A stretch of 47,542 nt of DNA from Ruminococcus sp. UBA4350 (GTDB lineage Bacteria; Bacillota; Clostridia; Oscillospirales; Ruminococcaceae), in NCBI GenBank assembly GCA_002394125.1, contig DGSY01000021.1, forward strand, positions 1-47,542, given 5' to 3'. The stretch's first letter is position 1, and every line of letters begins with the position of its first letter. Below the pieces are notes generated by a model. It saw nothing but the letters and a program-made list of their open reading frames with translations, made no database searches and was not told the DNA's origin. The translations under genes and the position numbers were made by a program. Positions 16,355-24,952 of the stretch are shown here, piece by piece.

Positions 16355-17374
16355 TTATGAGAGCGGGAAGGTCACCTGCCAGTTTCCTGCGATATATTTC
16401 TGTGAGGTCACAAATTCGCCTGTCAGCGTATAGTCCGGCAGCTTCTCATATTCTACCGATATGATCTGCTCCGCATAAACATCGCGCTGAGCGGCATCCC
16501 GGTAGGTATAACCGAAATCCGCCGGCTCACCGACATTCTCGCCGTTCTCATCCAGCAGCATAAAGTGTCCGTGTGTGTCTGTGTGTTCAACATCCTCATA
16601 TTTTGAGAGGATATGCAGTGCGCCGTCCACATAGCCGATGTTCAGGACGGAAAAGCCGGGAACGGGCGTGCATATCGGCTCTGCCTTCGGAATCAGAAAC
16701 CGCATCGTTTCCGCCTCCGGCAGTGCATCTGCATTATACGCATATCCGCCTATGATCGAGGTGTGCTTTTCGGTTTCCGGCTCATAGGGGATGCTGCGCA
16801 GGTCGATCGCCTCAACCTCGCCCTCTTTGCGAATCTTTCCGAGCAGCATACTCCCGACGGAAAACGTCATTTTACCGTCCGGCAGATCGCTGCCGTTCAT
16901 CGTTTCCAGATGCACGATAAAATATGCGGTATGCGTTTCCGGATCATACTCCGAAAAGCTGCAATGTCCGGCCAAATCGCGCCGCACGCGGATCGAATAG
17001 CTGTCATTGAGATCCCAGCCGCCCTCGGGACAGGTGCCCGTCAGATCGCGCATCGCAAGATAAACATTCGCTTCGCAGCCGCTGCGCTCCGCGGAAATGA
17101 CCGTCATTTCAATGCCCTGATCGGTGCAGGATCTCTGCACGGGCTTGAAGGTCTGCGCGGCGGCGGGCGCAATGCGATAGAGTACATCATAGGCCGGATC
17201 GACACCGGCTGCGGTCAGTGCGGGCAGCGGGCAGACGATCAATGCAGCTGCGACAGACGCGGCCGCGATTCTTTTGAATATTCTGCGGCGGATCGGTCGT
17301 TTCGCCGGTACGCTGATATCCAGATACCGTTCGTCGATCTCACCCATTGCTTTCATAAACTGATCGGTATTCAC
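16355..17374 (-). CDS. Putative anti-sigma factor (single-pass membrane protein with extracytoplasmic domain)
   Basis: GTG start overlaps the sigma gene stop (GTGA). N-terminus FMKAMGEIDERYL, one TM (IAAASVAAALIVCPLPAL), about 270 aa outside. The call rests on its position directly downstream of the ECF sigma gene. Confidence 0.55.
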   Translation of the reverse strand: MNTDQFMKAMGEIDERYLDISVPAKRPIRRRIFKRIAAASVAAALIVCPLPALTAAGVDPAYDVLYRIAPAAAQTFKPVQRSCTDQGIEMTVISAERSGCEANVYLAMRDLTGTCPEGGWDLNDSYSIRVRRDLAGHCSFSEYDPETHTAYFIVHLETMNGSDLPDGKMTFSVGSMLLGKIRKEGEVEAIDLRSIPYEPETEKHTSIIGGYAYNADALPEAETMRFLIPKAEPICTPVPGFSVLNIGYVDGALHILSKYEDVEHTDTHGHFMLLDENGENVGEPADFGYTYRDAAQRDVYAEQIISVEYEKLPDYTLTGEFVTSQKYIAGNWQVTFPLS

Positions 17375-17928
17375 AGATAGCCCTCCTTTTTGAGTCTGGC
17401 GTATAGTTTTTTGCGTGTACGGAACAGCATGGATTTGACCTTGCTTTCGGAAAAGCCGTGTGCTGCGGCGATTTCAGAGACCGGCTGCATATACCAGTAC
17501 CGGCGCACGAATACATTCCGGTCGGTATCGGGAATGCTGCCGAGAAATGAATTGATCGCTTCGGTCAATGCCTGCTCGCTGACCTGCCGCTCGACATCCT
17601 CGCCGGACGCGAGCCATTCCGCGATCTCCTCAAAAACGACCTGTGCTTCTGCGGCACCGCGCTTTTTTGTTTTGGCGGCGCGGAGCTTATTCAGGCTGAT
17701 ATTGCGCGTCAGCCGTCCGAGAAAGGTTTGCAGGCAGGAAGGCTCATGCGGCGGGATGCTGTTCCACGCGGCGAGCCATGTGTCATTGAGCGCTTCCTCG
17801 GCGTCCTCCGGACATTGCAGGATATGCTGCGCAACGGCGCGGCAGTAGACCGTATATTTCTGCACGGTCTGTGCGACTGCTTCTTCATCACGGCTGAGAT
17901 ACAGCGCGATGATCTGCGGATCCTCCAT
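17371..17928 (-). CDS. ECF-type RNA polymerase sigma-70 family factor
   Basis: Region 2 (DAEEALNDTWLAAW) and region 4 HTH (VSEIAAAHGFSESKVKSMLFRTRKKL). GGGAGGGAAAG RBS. Confidence 0.85.
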   Translation of the reverse strand: MEDPQIIALYLSRDEEAVAQTVQKYTVYCRAVAQHILQCPEDAEEALNDTWLAAWNSIPPHEPSCLQTFLGRLTRNISLNKLRAAKTKKRGAAEAQVVFEEIAEWLASGEDVERQVSEQALTEAINSFLGSIPDTDRNVFVRRYWYMQPVSEIAAAHGFSESKVKSMLFRTRKKLYARLKKEGYL

Positions 17929-18003
17929 ACTTTCCCTCCCTTTATTCAGAATCAGGAGCTCCTATCATACTACTAACCGGACAGGGCGCTGCGGTTGCAC
18001 ATT

Positions 18004-18495
18004 CTATAAAATTTTTTCGAGTCTGAGAAGCTGCATCTTTTTATCCAGCCCGCCTGCATAGCCGGTCAGTGCGCCGTTTGCGCCGAGCACTCTGTGGCAG
18101 GGGATGATAAGCGAGACCGGATTATGCCCGACTGCATCGCCGACGGCCTGCGCGGACATCCGGCTCCCCCGCTGCCGTGCGATGCGGTCTGCGATTTCCC
18201 CGTAGGTCATCGTGCAGCCGTATGGGATCGTCAGCAGGATCTCACAGACGGCTCTGCGAAAGGGCGTTGTCCGCAGGACGATCGGCGGGGTGAAGTCCGG
18301 AATCCTGCCGCTGAAATAGAGATCGAGCCAGCGGACGGTCTGTGCAAATACCGGCAGATCACATTCGGTGTATTTTCTGCTGAGCGTTTCACCGAAATGC
18401 GCCTGCCCGTCGAACCATAAGCCGGTCAGCAATTCGCCGCCGCCTGCCAGTGTGATCCCGCCGAGCGGGGAATCATAATGATAAATACAGTCCAT
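18004..18495 (-). CDS. ogt: Methylated-DNA--protein-cysteine methyltransferase
   Basis: IIPCHRVLGANGALTGYAGG active-site PCHR motif. TYGEIA helix. Confidence 0.9.
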   Translation of the reverse strand: MDCIYHYDSPLGGITLAGGGELLTGLWFDGQAHFGETLSRKYTECDLPVFAQTVRWLDLYFSGRIPDFTPPIVLRTTPFRRAVCEILLTIPYGCTMTYGEIADRIARQRGSRMSAQAVGDAVGHNPVSLIIPCHRVLGANGALTGYAGGLDKKMQLLRLEKIL

Positions 18496-18611
18496 ATTGA
18501 TATTCCTTTTCAGACAGCGCTTTGTGCGCGGATACGAACATTATAAAGGATGCGCCGCAAAATGTCAACTCAGCAGCTTCGCCGTGATCGGCGCTGATTC
18601 TGCGCATTTGC

Positions 18612-18640
18612 TTGACATCAGCAGACGTTTGTGATAAAAT
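18612..18640 (+). promoter_or_regulatory. Sigma-A promoter of the TIR-LRR two-gene module
   Basis: TTGACA - 17 nt - TAAAAT with TGa extended -10. The inverted repeat GTGATA-9-TATCAC (18631-18651) overlaps the -10. Confidence 0.65.
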
Positions 18641-18681
18641 AAAAGTATCACTCTGATTCCAAATGAAAGGCGGTATCTGCT

Positions 18682-19362
18682 ATGACTGATCTGTTCTTCT
18701 GTCCCGAACGCTGGGAACCCGACAGCATGATCTCCACCAATGCGGCATCCATGATCCGCGTACACGGTATCTCCGGCAAAGCAGCCGATGCGTGGCAGCT
18801 CGGCGACTGGGGAAGCAGCTGGACGGCGATCACCTCTGAGATCCCGATCGAACCAGGCTGGCTCGAATCCGGCGAGGAATACCGCCTCTGCTTCTGGCTC
18901 AACGGCGGCGAAAACAGCCGCGGCGATGAGATCTGTATGCTGGAGATCTACGGCGATGACTGGGAAGACCGCCTGACCTTCCGCCTCAACCGCGACCATA
19001 CCGCACCGCTGCTCGAAAAGGATCACTGGCTGCTCTTCGGTGTGCCGTTCCGTGCGCCGAAGGCTGCGGACGCGCTGAAATTCCGGTTTGTCGCGGCAGG
19101 CGCCGTCTGCACGATCGCCGGCATTCAGGATATGGATATGAATGCGGCGGAAGCACTCACGCCCGATGAGCGTGAGACCGGTCAGCCGCAGCGCTATAAT
19201 ATCATATTCCCGCACGGCTATCCGGCGCAGAGCCGTCAGCATCTGCTGAATGCTCGCGGCGGACGTTCCGGCGGACGGATTCTCGCTGTCTGCGCAGCAG
19301 CGGCAGCAGTCACCGGCATCACTGCCGCTGTGCTGATCCGCAGAGCGCGCAGACGCAAGTGA
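18682..19362 (+). CDS. Hypothetical tail-anchored protein with beta-sandwich (CBM/jelly-roll-like) N-terminal domain
   Basis: No signal peptide. The first 170 aa or so are Trp/Gly-rich and beta-type (WQLGDWGSSW, YRLCFWLNGG, LKFRFVAAG). Single C-terminal TM ILAVCAAAAAVTGITAAVLI followed by RRARRRK. The stop lies 11 nt before the TIR gene ATG. Confidence 0.6.
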   Translation: MTDLFFCPERWEPDSMISTNAASMIRVHGISGKAADAWQLGDWGSSWTAITSEIPIEPGWLESGEEYRLCFWLNGGENSRGDEICMLEIYGDDWEDRLTFRLNRDHTAPLLEKDHWLLFGVPFRAPKAADALKFRFVAAGAVCTIAGIQDMDMNAAEALTPDERETGQPQRYNIIFPHGYPAQSRQHLLNARGGRSGGRILAVCAAAAAVTGITAAVLIRRARRRK

Positions 19363-19373
19363 CGGAGGAAAGC

Positions 19374-20423
19374 ATGAAAAACGATTTTGATGTGTTCATC
19401 AGCTACCGGCGTGACGGCGGGATTCACCTGGCAAGACTGCTCCATGACAAACTGGAGCAGAGAGGCTTTCGCCTGTTTCTCGATATGGAAAATATGCGTG
19501 CCGGTAAATTCAACGAACAGCTCTTTACATACATTGAAAACTGCCCGTCTTTTCTGCTGGTGCTTCCGCCGGGTGCGCTGGACCGCTGCGTCAATGAAGA
19601 AGACTGGCTGCGCAGAGAGATCCGTCACGCGCTGAACACCCGGAAAAATATCGTCGTTGTCAAGGATTCCGAATTTGAAGACTATCCCGAAAATCTGCCG
19701 AATGATATTGCCGAGATCAGGCATTATCAGTCGGCTCGTGTCTCGGAGGAATATTTCGATGCATTCGTAGACCGTGTCGCGAATTATCTGCGGCAGGGAA
19801 GGGAAAATGCCGGGATTCCGCAGACTGCGCCGAAAGCGATCCCGCTGATCCAGCTGAAAAAGATGCCGCAGACCGTTCCGGCAAAAGCTGCACTGACCGC
19901 ACCGCAGACGCGTCCGGCTGCGTCTGTTCAGCCAATGCAGCCCGCTGCGGAAAAGCGTAAAACCGTTCTGCCGCCCGGTACGGAGACGGTCAATGTCCCT
20001 GCGGGCAAAGAAAAGGTCGGCGGCGGTGCATATGCCTGTGATCCGAAGATCGGAACGGTCGTCCTGCCGGAGGGCATCAAAGAGATCGGCATGGCGGCCT
20101 TCGCGGACTGTACCGGCCTGACCGCCGTGAAGCTCCCGCAGTCGCTGACGTATATCCGGTCAGGCGCATTCGCCGGCTGCCGGAATCTTCAGGAGATCCG
20201 CTTTCCGGACGGACTGAAGGAGATCGGCGCGGCCGCCTTTGCCGGATGCGTTTCCCTCAGCAGCATCACGCTGCCCGCTGCAAAGATCAGAGAGGGCGCG
20301 TTCGCTGACTGCTACAGGCTGGAAAATGCCGTGATCCCGGAAAATGCAGAGATCCTGCCGGATGCGTTTGCAGGATGCTGCAAGCTGAAAGATCCGGTAA
20401 AACAAACAGAAATAAAGGAGTAA
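19374..20423 (+). CDS. TIR-domain protein with C-terminal BspA-type leucine-rich repeats
   Basis: ATG 19374 with GGAGG 5 nt upstream; the track start 19359 is an upstream GTG. N-terminus DFDVFISYRRDGG...FLDMENMRAG...SFLLVLPPGAL...EDWLRREIRHAL is a TIR_2-like pattern. A Pro/Ala-rich linker follows. About 5 LRR_5 repeats (IKEIGMAAFADCTGLTAVKLPQSLTYIRSGAFAGCRNLQEIRFP...). No signal peptide or TM. Confidence 0.8.
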   Translation: MKNDFDVFISYRRDGGIHLARLLHDKLEQRGFRLFLDMENMRAGKFNEQLFTYIENCPSFLLVLPPGALDRCVNEEDWLRREIRHALNTRKNIVVVKDSEFEDYPENLPNDIAEIRHYQSARVSEEYFDAFVDRVANYLRQGRENAGIPQTAPKAIPLIQLKKMPQTVPAKAALTAPQTRPAASVQPMQPAAEKRKTVLPPGTETVNVPAGKEKVGGGAYACDPKIGTVVLPEGIKEIGMAAFADCTGLTAVKLPQSLTYIRSGAFAGCRNLQEIRFPDGLKEIGAAAFAGCVSLSSITLPAAKIREGAFADCYRLENAVIPENAEILPDAFAGCCKLKDPVKQTEIKE

Positions 20424-20431
20424 AGCAATCT

Positions 20432-21529
20432 ATGAAACTTGGTATGGTCGGACTGCCGAATGTCGGCAAAAGCACACTGTTCAATGCACTGACAAATGCA
20501 GGCGCGGAATCCGCAAACTATCCGTTCTGCACGATCGACAAGAATGTCGGCATCGTCTCCGTTCCGGATGCGCGTCTGGAAAAGCTCGCGGAGATCTATC
20601 AGCCGAAGAAATTCACGCCTGCGACCTTGCAGTTCGTCGATATCGCCGGACTCGTCAAGGGCGCATCAAAGGGCGAAGGTCTCGGCAACCGCTTCCTCGC
20701 AGATATCCGCGAGGTCGATGCGATCATTCATGTCGTGCGCTGCTTTGAGGATGACAATATCGTCCATGTGGACGGCTCGATCGACCCGAAGCGGGATATC
20801 GAGGTCATCAATCTGGAGCTGGTCTTCTCGGATATCGAGCTGATCGAGCGCCGCATTGACAAGACTGCGAAGCTCGCAAAGGGCGACAAGAAATATCAGG
20901 CGGATGTGGATCTGCTGAAGCGTCTGCTGGAGCATCTGACCGAGGGCAGACCAGCCCGCAGCTTTGACTGCACCGAGGACGAGCTTGCCGTGATCCTCGA
21001 AACGCCGCTGCTGACCGCAAAGCCCGTGATCTATGCGGCGAATCTTTCCGAGGCGGATTTCTCCGGTGATCTCGAAAGCAATGCGCATTTTCAGGCGGTC
21101 AGGGAGATCGCGGAATCCGAGAATGCTGCGGTCTTCCCGATCTGCGCGCAGATCGAAGCGGAGATCTCCGATATGGATCCGGAGGAGCAGGCGGTATTCC
21201 TCGCCGATCTCGGACTGGAGGAATCCGGCCTGACGCGCATCATCCACGCGGGCTATGCACTGCTCGGCCTGATTTCCTATCTGACCGGCGGCTCCGATGA
21301 ATGCCGCGCATGGACGATCAAAAAGGGCACCAAAGCACCGCAGGCTGCCGGCAAGATCCATTCGGATTTCGAGAAGGGATTCATCCGCGCAGAGGTCATT
21401 TCGTTCGAGGATTTCATGGCAAATGACGGCAATATGGTCGCTGCGAAGGAAAAGGGTGTTGTCCGCATGGAGGGCAAGACCTACGAAGTGCAGGACGGTG
21501 ATATCATCACATTCCACTTTACCTCCTGA
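20432..21529 (+). CDS. ychF: Ribosome-binding ATPase YchF
   Basis: [22 protein letters not shown]-loop, [13 protein letters not shown]-terminal TGS-like tail. AAAGGAG RBS inside the end of the TIR gene. The ATG is 8 nt after its stop. Confidence 0.95.
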   Translation: MKLGMVGLPNVGKSTLFNALTNAGAESANYPFCTIDKNVGIVSVPDARLEKLAEIYQPKKFTPATLQFVDIAGLVKGASKGEGLGNRFLADIREVDAIIHVVRCFEDDNIVHVDGSIDPKRDIEVINLELVFSDIELIERRIDKTAKLAKGDKKYQADVDLLKRLLEHLTEGRPARSFDCTEDELAVILETPLLTAKPVIYAANLSEADFSGDLESNAHFQAVREIAESENAAVFPICAQIEAEISDMDPEEQAVFLADLGLEESGLTRIIHAGYALLGLISYLTGGSDECRAWTIKKGTKAPQAAGKIHSDFEKGFIRAEVISFEDFMANDGNMVAAKEKGVVRMEGKTYEVQDGDIITFHFTS

Positions 21530-21632
21530 AAGTTATTATCTGTGAATAATATTGCTATATTGGCAGCTTTGTAGATTTTTTCTCTTTCGTTTCCGATTGC
21601 TAAAGTCTGGAAAAAGACTGGAGATGATAAAT

Positions 21633-22064
21633 ATGTCAACATACGAAGATAAATTAGATGAAGTTTGTGAACGCTGGTATTGTGGTTTCTATGACAGATT
21701 TGAAGATCTGTGCGTGATAAATAATTATAGCATTCAAACTGTGTCAAAGATGACAAGAATATCGCCTGCAACTATATCACAATGGCAAGCTTATCGAGAT
21801 AGCAGTACGGGATTAGATGCATTACTATTTGGTTCTAGAGGATCAAATCCAGGCATTGATTCAATCATCAAACTATCAGTGTGTTTTAATTGTTCGAGTG
21901 ATTACCTTATTGGACTGAGAGTTAATTGGAAAGCTGAACAACTCAATCGTGTGTTTGATCAGTTATCCGACGATAATCAAATAAAGGTTCAAGAATTTGC
22001 GGCCAAATTGTTGAGAGAGCAGCAAGAAATCAAAACACATCTGGAAATCGACGAATCTAAATAA
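21633..22064 (+). CDS. Orphan XRE/Cro-C1-type HTH protein in a low-GC islet
   Basis: HTH pattern SIQTVSKMTRISPATISQWQ ... IIKLSVCFNCSSDYLIGL. An alternative in-frame ATG lies at 21624. The sequence is visibly AT-rich compared with its neighbours. Confidence 0.65.
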   Translation: MSTYEDKLDEVCERWYCGFYDRFEDLCVINNYSIQTVSKMTRISPATISQWQAYRDSSTGLDALLFGSRGSNPGIDSIIKLSVCFNCSSDYLIGLRVNWKAEQLNRVFDQLSDDNQIKVQEFAAKLLREQQEIKTHLEIDESK

Positions 22065-22096
22065 TAGAACATTATTCTGTAACTGTTCATTTGAAC

Positions 22097-22155
22097 CCCC
22101 AATAACAAACAGCACGCCCGATGCGGAACCGGACGTGCTGTTTTGTTTATTGGGG
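22097..22155. terminator. Long hairpin, bidirectional terminator; member of repeat family 3 (partner 42851-42888)
   Basis: CCCCAATAACAAACAGCACG - 17 nt loop - CGTGCTGTTTTGTTTATTGGGG. The inner stem plus loop (CAGCACGCCCGATGCGGAACCGGACGTGCTGTTTTGTTTAT) recurs, reverse-complemented, at 42841-42885 with 2-3 differences. Confidence 0.65.
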
Positions 22156-22213
22156 CTGATCATGCTTTGGGTGGATTCCCTGATAAAATGGGAGAATAAT
22201 TGAAATAAAGTAT

Positions 22214-22278
22214 CCGCGAACAGCGGCGTGTATCTGTAAAATTCATCCTGTCAGCATGACCGTGTCTTTAGCACAACG
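22214..22278 (+). repeat. Dispersed intergenic repeat, family 2 (copy D; partner 7729-7793)
   Basis: See 7729-7793. It lies immediately 3' of the HD-hydrolase stop codon. The 11-nt string TGTCAGCATGA occurs at 22249-22259 and again at 22289-22299 across that stop codon. Confidence 0.7.
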
Positions 22279-22290
22279 ACTGTCGGCTTG

Positions 22291-22740
22291 TCAGCATGAG
22301 TCTTCGGTCAGGAGCCTGACGGCTCTGCGGTATTTTTCCAGCCGCGCCGCCGTCCTTTCGGATGCCGCCGCTTCGGGCGGGAGCCGCCGGATATCCATAT
22401 TATGCCGCAGATCTGCGAGCTTGACCGCCCGCGCCCGCGGATCGCTGCGGATCCGGCGCACATAGTCAAAATAATCCTCCGCCGGATCATGCGTCAGCAG
22501 CCGGAGCGTTTCCGTCACCTCCGGCGGGAACTCCGCTTCGAGCATTTCGATCGTCACCGCCGTGTCCTCGGCCACATCATGCAGCAGCGCGGCGGCGGTC
22601 GTGATCTCGTCCTGCATCTCTGCCGCAACGGTCAGCGGATGCAGGATATAGGGCATTCCGCCCTTGTCGAATTGTCCGTGGTGCGCCTGCTCCGCGATCC
22701 GTGCGGCGCGCACTGTCATTTCCGTATAGATCATATTCAT
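22291..22740 (-). CDS. HD-domain (p)ppGpp hydrolase-like protein (small alarmone hydrolase type)
   Basis: AHHGQFDKGGMPYILHPLTVA ... LLHDVAEDT ... KLADLRHN is the RelA/SpoT-type HD pattern. ATGA overlap with the upstream gene. ATG 22734 is an alternative start with better SD spacing. Confidence 0.8.
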   Translation of the reverse strand: MNMIYTEMTVRAARIAEQAHHGQFDKGGMPYILHPLTVAAEMQDEITTAAALLHDVAEDTAVTIEMLEAEFPPEVTETLRLLTHDPAEDYFDYVRRIRSDPRARAVKLADLRHNMDIRRLPPEAAASERTAARLEKYRRAVRLLTEDSC

Positions 22741-23462
22741 TCTCCGTATGCAAGCTGTGTCCAGCCGAACTGTGAATACTCCACCGCACCCGTCCGGCTG
22801 TTGACGATGACGACGGAGCCGCCGGGATGATTCCAGTCCCCGCGGGCATCAAGACACAGAACCATTGTGCCGTCGGCGGGCTTCCCCTCCGGATACCAGA
22901 ACTTTTCGTCGCAGTAAAACATGGCAGCGCCGCTCCATTCTTCTCCGGATGCGGCGTAACTGTTTCCTGCGGATTCCGGTATGGTTTGACAGGAAAGCAT
23001 TCCTTCCGCCAGCGGCATCGTATACAGCGCCTGTGCCGAAAACTGTGCTTCGATCTCCGCGGCGCGTTCCGGCGCAGTCACAAAGCGCACGCTGTAATGT
23101 CCGGTTCCCTGCATGATAGACGGGATCGCATCAAAGACATAATCCGACCGCACATCGCCGGAGAATTCCGGAAACCACTTCGGCGTGCTGTTGTAGATGC
23201 CGTGAAATGCCCGCTGAAACGGATAGCGCCAGAGCTGCCGCGATTGTTTGTAAATCGGTGCAAAGAGCATCATGAATCCGCAGATGCAGAGCGGCGGCAG
23301 CAGGGCCAGCGCATTCGGCTTCTCCTTCGGCTTTTTGCGCCTGCCGGCGAGATATGCGGCGAGAAATCCGGCACAGACCGCCGCGCCGATCAGAAAGCGC
23401 AGGCTGCCGGTCAGGATCAGTCCCGCCGCATTCGCGAGCAGCAGGATCACCAGAATTATCAT
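22737..23462 (-). CDS. Hypothetical membrane protein (2-3 N-terminal TM helices plus soluble domain)
   Basis: Hydrophobic N-terminus MIILVILLLANAAGLILTG..., GAGGGA RBS. Tightly packed between queA and the HD gene. Confidence 0.55.
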   Translation of the reverse strand: MIILVILLLANAAGLILTGSLRFLIGAAVCAGFLAAYLAGRRKKPKEKPNALALLPPLCICGFMMLFAPIYKQSRQLWRYPFQRAFHGIYNSTPKWFPEFSGDVRSDYVFDAIPSIMQGTGHYSVRFVTAPERAAEIEAQFSAQALYTMPLAEGMLSCQTIPESAGNSYAASGEEWSGAAMFYCDEKFWYPEGKPADGTMVLCLDARGDWNHPGGSVVIVNSRTGAVEYSQFGWTQLAYGE

Positions 23463-23473
23463 GTGTCTGTCCC

Positions 23474-24511
23474 TCAGAGAATGGCCATTGCGTCGCCGAA
23501 TGAGAAGAACCGGTAGCGTTCCTCTACGGCGGCTTTGTAGGCGTTCATGATATTGTCATAGCCCGCGAATGCCGAAACGAGCATGATGAGCGTCGATTCC
23601 GGCAGGTGGAAATTCGTGATGAGCCCGTCGATGACCTTGAAATCATAGGGCGGATAGATGAAGATGCCGGTATCGCCCTCGCAGGCGCGGATCTCTCCGA
23701 ATTCCGCCGCAGCACCCTCCAGCGTCCGGCAGGATGTCGTGCCGACGGCGATCACTCTGCCGCCCGCCGCCTTCGTCTGCCGGATCTTTTCGGCAGTCTC
23801 CTGCGGGATCGTGTAATGCTCGATGTGCATATGATGCTTGCGGATATCGTCCTCCTTGACCGGCCGGAAGGTTCCGAGCCCGACATGGAGCGTCACGAAT
23901 GCCTCGTCAATGCCCTGCGCTTTCAGCTCGCTGAGCAGCTCCGGCGTGAAATGCAGACCGGCCGTCGGCGCGGCGGAGGAGCCGACCTCCCGCGCATAGA
24001 CCGTCTGATAGCGCTCCTTGTCCGTCAGCTTTTCGGTGATGTAGGGCGGCAGGGGCATCTGTCCGATCTCGTCCAGAACCGCATAGAGACTGCCCTCACA
24101 TTCAAACCGCACAATGCGGCCGCCGTCCTCTGCATGGTCGAGGATCTCCGCCGAGAGCTTTTCCCCGAAGCGGAATCTTCTGCCGGGCTTTGCCTTTTTG
24201 CCGGGCTTGCAGATGATCTCCCAGACCTTCTCGCCGACGGGCTTCAGCAGCAGAAATTCGATCGGCGAGCCGGTATCCTCGCGCACGCCGTAAAGCCGCG
24301 CCGGAAGGACGCGGGAATCGTTCATGACCAGCAGATCGCCCTTGCGGAGAAACTGCCCCAGCTCATAGAAATGATGATGCGCGAGCGCACCGCTGCTACG
24401 GTCCACGCAGAGCAGTCTGGATGCGCTGCGCGGCTCGACCGGCGTCTGCGCGATCAGCTCCTGCGGCAGATCATAATAATAAGTACTGCGCTTTGTAAAA
24501 TCGGTTTCCAT
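23474..24511 (-). CDS. queA: S-adenosylmethionine:tRNA ribosyltransferase-isomerase
   Basis: YYYDLPQELIAQTPVEPRSASRLL, TAGLHFT, VGTTSCRTLE and GDAMAI motifs. Confidence 0.95.
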   Translation of the reverse strand: METDFTKRSTYYYDLPQELIAQTPVEPRSASRLLCVDRSSGALAHHHFYELGQFLRKGDLLVMNDSRVLPARLYGVREDTGSPIEFLLLKPVGEKVWEIICKPGKKAKPGRRFRFGEKLSAEILDHAEDGGRIVRFECEGSLYAVLDEIGQMPLPPYITEKLTDKERYQTVYAREVGSSAAPTAGLHFTPELLSELKAQGIDEAFVTLHVGLGTFRPVKEDDIRKHHMHIEHYTIPQETAEKIRQTKAAGGRVIAVGTTSCRTLEGAAAEFGEIRACEGDTGIFIYPPYDFKVIDGLITNFHLPESTLIMLVSAFAGYDNIMNAYKAAVEERYRFFSFGDAMAIL

Positions 24512-24529
24512 ATTGATCCTTTCCGTCTG

Positions 24530-24952
24530 TCAGATGAAATAGCCGCCGCTTTCCGGCAGCTCCTCCGGCGTGATCCATGTCACGAACGGATCCGGCGTAC
24601 CGGTCTCGGCAAAATAACGGATCGCATCAAGCGCCTCCGCCTGCGGCAGGAACAGTCCGGCAGAGACAGGCTTCTCTGCCCGCACCTCGACGGTTTCCTC
24701 CAGTGCATCACGGCTGCCGCAGGTGAGCCGGATCTCCTCGCCGTCCTCTATGCAGAGAGAAACACCCCGCTCCGGATGCGCGGCGAAGACCAGCCGTGTG
24801 CCTGTCGCCGCATCGGTCTCCAGCGTACCGGTGCCGGAGCGCAGTGCGCCGGAGGATTCCAGCAGCACGCAGAGTGCGCCCGCGAGGTCGGTGCCGCCGG
24901 TCAGCAGCTCGCCGTCTTCGCGGTCAAGGTCGATCTGAAATCGGATCTTCAT
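24530..24952 (-). CDS. Small acidic hypothetical protein (possible immunity-type protein)
   Basis: 140 aa, no TM. ATGA overlap with the upstream Imm7-like gene and AAGGAG RBS. The C-terminal segment LPQAEALDAIRYFAETGTPDPFVTW is reminiscent of Imm1-type immunity proteins, from memory only. Confidence 0.4.
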   Translation of the reverse strand: MKIRFQIDLDREDGELLTGGTDLAGALCVLLESSGALRSGTGTLETDAATGTRLVFAAHPERGVSLCIEDGEEIRLTCGSRDALEETVEVRAEKPVSAGLFLPQAEALDAIRYFAETGTPDPFVTWITPEELPESGGYFI

